From NCBI RefSeq assembly GCF_009914755.1, contig NC_060935.1: a DNA stretch of 64,000 nucleotides, one strand, 5' to 3'. A program made the position numbers and the translations under genes. This DNA is from the human T2T-CHM13v2.0 reference genome, Homo sapiens. Shown in pieces: positions 59,794-64,000 of the stretch. Each line of letters opens with the position of its first letter. The stretch's first letter is position 1. The notes beneath the pieces are model-generated. The model saw only the letters and a list, made by a program, of their open reading frames with translations, searched no databases and was not told the origin of the DNA.

Positions 59794-61207
59794 CTGCAAA
59801 ACAGAGGTACCAACAAGAAGCTGGGCAGGGGCTGACCTGCAGCCACACACATCCAAGGACGTGAAGAATGGGGGAGGCTGGTGGGGGTGGTGGACAGTTC
59901 TTAAGGCTGTCATGTAGCCACAGCCTGAAGAATACCACCATTTCCTTCCTGCCCCCACCCAAACACTCAGACCCCTCCTCATCAGTGGTCCCCAGGACAG
60001 GAGCACACCTCCTGCCTAGTCTCCCAGAGGGCAACAGAAGGACTTCATGGTCCTTGCAGATCAACTGGGACATAGTGTGTTTACAGATGAGAAAGCCACA
60101 CTGTTCCCACTAAGTGTCCTGAATGAATACACACTCAATGAATGAATGAACGGATAGGTGAGTGTGTGGGTGACTAGGGTTCTTCACCCCATGCTCCTTC
60201 CTAGGTTTGCTGTATTCTCCACCCTGGTCCCTCTGCCTGGGCTTTGCATATTCATATTCTTGCTCTCCTCTTTCCCCTCTTCTCTCTTAGCTCTTAGTTC
60301 CTTTTTTGACCAAAACTCTCTTCTCTTTCTTTACTCACCTCTTGCCCCTAGCAGTCCAATGTCTAGACCCTCTTAGTTTCTCCTAGTTTCCCAAATCCAT
60401 AGCCCTCCCGGCTCTCCTGGAGGAGTCAGCCCCACCCCTACTTCCATTTTCCCATTCAGGTATCCAAGACAAGAACCCTGTCAGAACCTTCCCAACTCCA
60501 GCCACATTCCTGAGCACAGGAGCTGGACAGGAGGGGCCTGAAGGAACAGTTCAAATTGGAAATGTGGTAATGGGGGTGCCCACCTTTCTATCCCAGGAGG
60601 CTGATAGGCAGATTGAGGAAGCCTAGGAAGGCACAAAGACCCTCTCCGCTTGTGCCCCAGTCATACCAAACCATCCCCAGGATCTGGGGAAGGGGCTGCT
60701 CCATTCCACAGCCCTCTTCTCTAGGAGACTCTCCAGACTACAAGCAACTCTTAGCCAGAGCAACTCAACCATCTCTTTCCTGAAATATCCGAATTATCCA
60801 AATAATGTGTGGCAGGATTCAGAGAGCACTTAGCTTGGAGACAGGAGCCTGGTTTCAAGGCTTGACTTAGCTGCTTATTACTTATGTGACCTTGGACAAG
60901 ACTCTTTAACCTTATTAAGCCTCAGTTTCCTAACCTGTAAAATGGTGATGAGTACCATGTCAAATCTTGTGACAATAATAACCAACCCTACATTTCTTGT
61001 GAAGGGCAAATAGCAGATGTGAAGTGGTGACAGACAGGGCTCATGTGAACTGAGTTTGTAATTTCTAACTAGGAAATGTTCCTCTTTGTCCTCCTATCAT
61101 AGGCCACCAGTGTCCTCCCCACCGGCATCCCAAGAAAGGAGATTTTTGCTGGATTGACCACCAGGAAGTAAGGGACCCCACTCACCTAACAGCCTCAGTA
61201 GTCCTAC

Positions 61208-61321
61208 CTGGGCTGCCACGCCTCCTCCAGGAAGCCTCCCAGTCTAGGAGAGAGCTGAGCAAACTCCTGGGAACTGTTGAGTTTGATGTCAGTGAGGTTT
61301 ACTCCCTTGTGGTGAGTGAGT
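61208..61321 (-). CDS. TMPRSS5: TMPRSS5 exon 6 (114 bp): LTHHKGVNLTDIKLNSSQEFAQLSPRLGGFLEEAWQPR
   Basis: Acceptor TGCCAAG|A; donor CCCAG|GTAGGA; in frame with exon 7. Confidence 0.93.
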
Positions 61322-61632
61322 CTTGGCAGAAGAAGGGAATAGAACAGGAGGAAATCATAACTGGAATATGTACGAGATATAATACTAGTATAGTGACCGC
61401 AAGACTGTGATAATGATTACTGCTGGGGTTTATGCTTGTTAAAAAGCAGTAATACTCCAAACAGAGAAATGGGCTGGGGCACCATTGTGCCCAGAGGCCA
61501 GAAGATGGCCAAAAAGACCTCTTGACATTTCCTGAGCACATTGACCAGTGACGGGCAGGTAGAGGTCTCCAATTCCCATCCCACACCAGCCAGGCCTCCC
61601 CCTTCACAGGACCCACATCTAACTCCTGTTAC

Positions 61633-61768
61633 CTGAGATGCCCAAGGCTCCAGCAGATCTGCAGCCCCAGGGCGGGGCTCCAGCCCTCATGGCAGACCAG
61701 GAGCCAGCGTGGCTGATCCCTCACTTGCGCTTCCAGCAAGAAGTCTTCGCTGTTTATTCTGAAAGATA
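61633..61768 (-). CDS. TMPRSS5: TMPRSS5 exon 5 (136 bp): SRCR domain start VSFRINSEDFLLEAQVRDQPRWLLVCHEGWSPALGLQICWSLGHLR
   Basis: Acceptor ATTTCAG|TA; donor CTCAG|GTAAC; SRCR motif VC..GW.......IC..LG. Confidence 0.96.
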
Positions 61769-62210
61769 CTGAAATCACAGCATGAAAACCACATGGGAGA
61801 GGATGGTGGTGGTAGGGTGGGACAGGAAGAGCTGGACCCAGGATTCTGTAGTACTTGAAGAGGCCTTAATGACAGCATCTGGATCACCCAGTGCCAAGTT
61901 CCCTGCTCCCCGGAGAGTGAGACCAGTCCCAAGAGCAGTATCACCCCTTTTGGTAGAGCATTTCAGTTTTCTATTTTAACCATGTGTTTTTAAGCGTGGT
62001 CTACCATTCATTGTCACAGCAGCCCTGTGCAATGAGTACTGCCATCCTCTCCATTCTGCAGAAGGAGAACTAAGGCATGGAGTTTAAGCAACTTCCCCAA
62101 GATCACAGTGTCAGGAAATGATGGATCCAGGACTTAGATCCAGGTCTTCTGATTTCAAATCTTGTGATAATAATAATTACCAGTTGTTGAGTGTATGCTT
62201 TTTCCAGGCT

Positions 62211-62597
62211 ATTATGGACTGACTCATGTCCCCGCCCCCAAACACACACACACAAATTCATATGTTAAAGCCCCAACCCTCAATGTGACTGTATTTGGAG
62301 ACAGGGCCTTTAAGAAGGTGATTAAGGTTAAATGAGGTCACGAGGGTGACGCCCTGATCCAATAGAGCCAGTGTCCTTATAAGAAGAGGAAGAGACACCA
62401 GAGAGCTCCCTCTCTCCTCAAGAGCAGAGGAAAGGCCCGGGGAGTACACAGGCAGAAGACAGCCATCTACAATCCAGGAAAAGAGCTCTCTCCTGAAACC
62501 GAATTCCACAGCACCTTGATCTTGGACTTCTAGCCACCAGAACGGTGAGAAAATAAATGTGGTTTAAACCACCCGGTCTGTGGTACTTAGTCATGGC
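62211..62597 (+). mobile_element. MaLR solo LTR, MLT1A-like, in TMPRSS5 intron 4
   Basis: aaattcatatgttaaagcc..gtgtccttataagaagaggaaga..caccttgatcttggacttc..aataaa..gactactaca. Confidence 0.85.
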
Positions 62598-63254
62598 AAA
62601 CCAAACAGACTACTACACAAGTTCTGTGCTGATATCTTTTCTTAGATTAGTTTGTTTTATCCTTAAAAAATTTGTGCAGTAAATATTTATATTTCCATTT
62701 TATGGAGAAGGAAACAGAAGCAACAAGAAGTAATGTGCCCAAAGTCACACAGTCAAAGACAGACTCCAACCTTATTCTAATGAGGTTATTCTAAGCCCCA
62801 GCCTCTGGACAGCATTGTACCTTCTGATCCCCAACTCTTACCTGGAGGGGAGGGGACAATCAGGAGAGGGAGAGTGGGGATGAGGTGGGCTGATGTTCCC
62901 AGGTCCCTAGGTGGCCCTGCTGGTCACACACTGGCTCCCACACACACACACCTGATCCCTCCTCCCCCATGTCCCTGGCTCACTCTGCCCCAAATGGCAA
63001 GTTTCCATCCCTCCTGCCAGCCTGGTCTCCGGACCTTGCCCCAGCTAGAGATCAGGACAGTCCTCAGGCAGTGCTGAAAGCCCCAAATCAGAGATCACTG
63101 CAAGGTGACACCTTGTCACTGCCCTCACACTAGAGGAGGGAAACACATATGGTTGGCAGTGAACAGATGGCCCTTCAGTGTCGGTTCTCTTGCCCTCAGC
63201 TGTGACAGGTCCCTGCTGGGGAGGGAGGCCCGTAGCCTTAGGGGTGCAGCCCAC

Positions 63255-63377
63255 CTGTTTTGGGAAGTGCAGGGAGCAGAGCTTCCTCAGCGCTGGCCTC
63301 TGAGCAGCTCAAAGTTATCTCCTCATCCTGCAAGGTCCCGGAAATGGGCTGAGAGGCAGCAGGACACAGATACAGCA
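63255..63377 (-). CDS. TMPRSS5: TMPRSS5 exon 4 (123 bp): VLYLCPAASQPISGTLQDEEITLSCSEASAEEALLPALPKT
   Basis: Acceptor TTCTCTAAAG|TG; donor ACAG|GTGGG; frame consistent with neighbouring exons. Confidence 0.95.
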
Positions 63378-63550
63378 CTTTAGAGAAGAACAAAGAGAAA
63401 GGGTCTGATTTCCAAAGGAAGGTGTCAAGGTGCTGACCTCCTCATCAGCCACCTTGCTCTCAGGCAGCTCCCCAACCAACCTGCTGAGGAGGGGCATAGC
63501 GCTCCATCTCTCTCGGCCTCAGCCTCTATCTCTGCCTCTTTGACTCTCCT

Positions 63551-63551
63551 T

Positions 63552-63645
<94 letters not shown>

Positions 63646-63708
63646 TCTAGCTGTCTCTCAGTATGTCTCTGTCTCTGTCTGTGTGTGTTCTCTCTGTGTC
63701 TCTCTCAC
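63551..63708. repeat. (TCTG)n/(TC)n microsatellite in TMPRSS5 intron 3
   Basis: ~100 bp of nearly pure TC repeat plus degenerate flank. Confidence 0.92.
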
Positions 63709-63934
63709 TGGGAAAGATTTCCAGAAAAAGTCTGACTACGGCCTCCTTGGATCATACACTTTGTTCTTCTTTATGTAGAGCCTAGATCCCTCCTGCTGCA
63801 ATTTCACCCTTTCTCCCCTTGTCTGCACAGAGTAGTTGAGGAAGACAGTTGTCCCATTTACCTTTAACACCTGCTCAGCACCTGCTTCTCCCTTCCAACC
63901 TCCCCCACACCAGAGAAAGGCCCCCAGCACTGAC

Positions 63935-64000
63935 CTAGGAGCCATGAGCCAACACCTGCACCGGCCAGCAGCCCCAGGGCTCCCAGCACTGCACAGCCAC
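63935..64000 (-). CDS. TMPRSS5: TMPRSS5 exon 3 (partial, cut by window edge): transmembrane segment GCAVLGALGLLAGAGVGSWLL
   Basis: Minus-strand translation matches the spinesin TM helix; donor CTAG|GTCAGT at 63934. Confidence 0.95.
   Translation of the reverse strand: MAVQCWEPWGCWPVQVLAHGS

Noticed and set aside
60331-60477. Consensus minus-strand donor AG|GTGAGT at ~60338 in intron 6 (possible cryptic exon)
   Set aside because: No convincing upstream polypyrimidine acceptor, and isolated consensus donors are common.

Overview
Human (or closely related great-ape) genomic DNA, recognisable as the 11q23 TMPRSS5 (spinesin) locus. The last ~12 kb carry most of TMPRSS5 on the minus strand: part of exon 3, exons 4-13 and the 3'UTR. 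All junctions were read from the sequence and splice in frame to the known C-terminus ...IHDTAQDSLL*. The first ~52 kb are downstream intergenic DNA dominated by transposable elements. These include a full-length L1PA3/4 (intact ORF1, broken ORF2) nested in a Charlie1a DNA transposon, an LTR12 solo LTR, several MaLR/ERV solo LTRs, ~18 Alus or Alu fragments, L2/MIR relics and MITEs. Most other ORF-track entries are chance or repeat-derived. I found no convincing new gene or system. The most notable observations are: an Alu-L1 unit bounded by one TSD pair; a TTAGGG/GGGTCA-bearing minisatellite; a GC-AG intron; a competing consensus donor that would truncate TMPRSS5; inverted Alu pairs around catalytic exons; and a nested AT-rich hairpin in intron 9. 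Exon numbering and repeat subfamily names come from recalled sequences and need database or RepeatMasker/Dfam confirmation.
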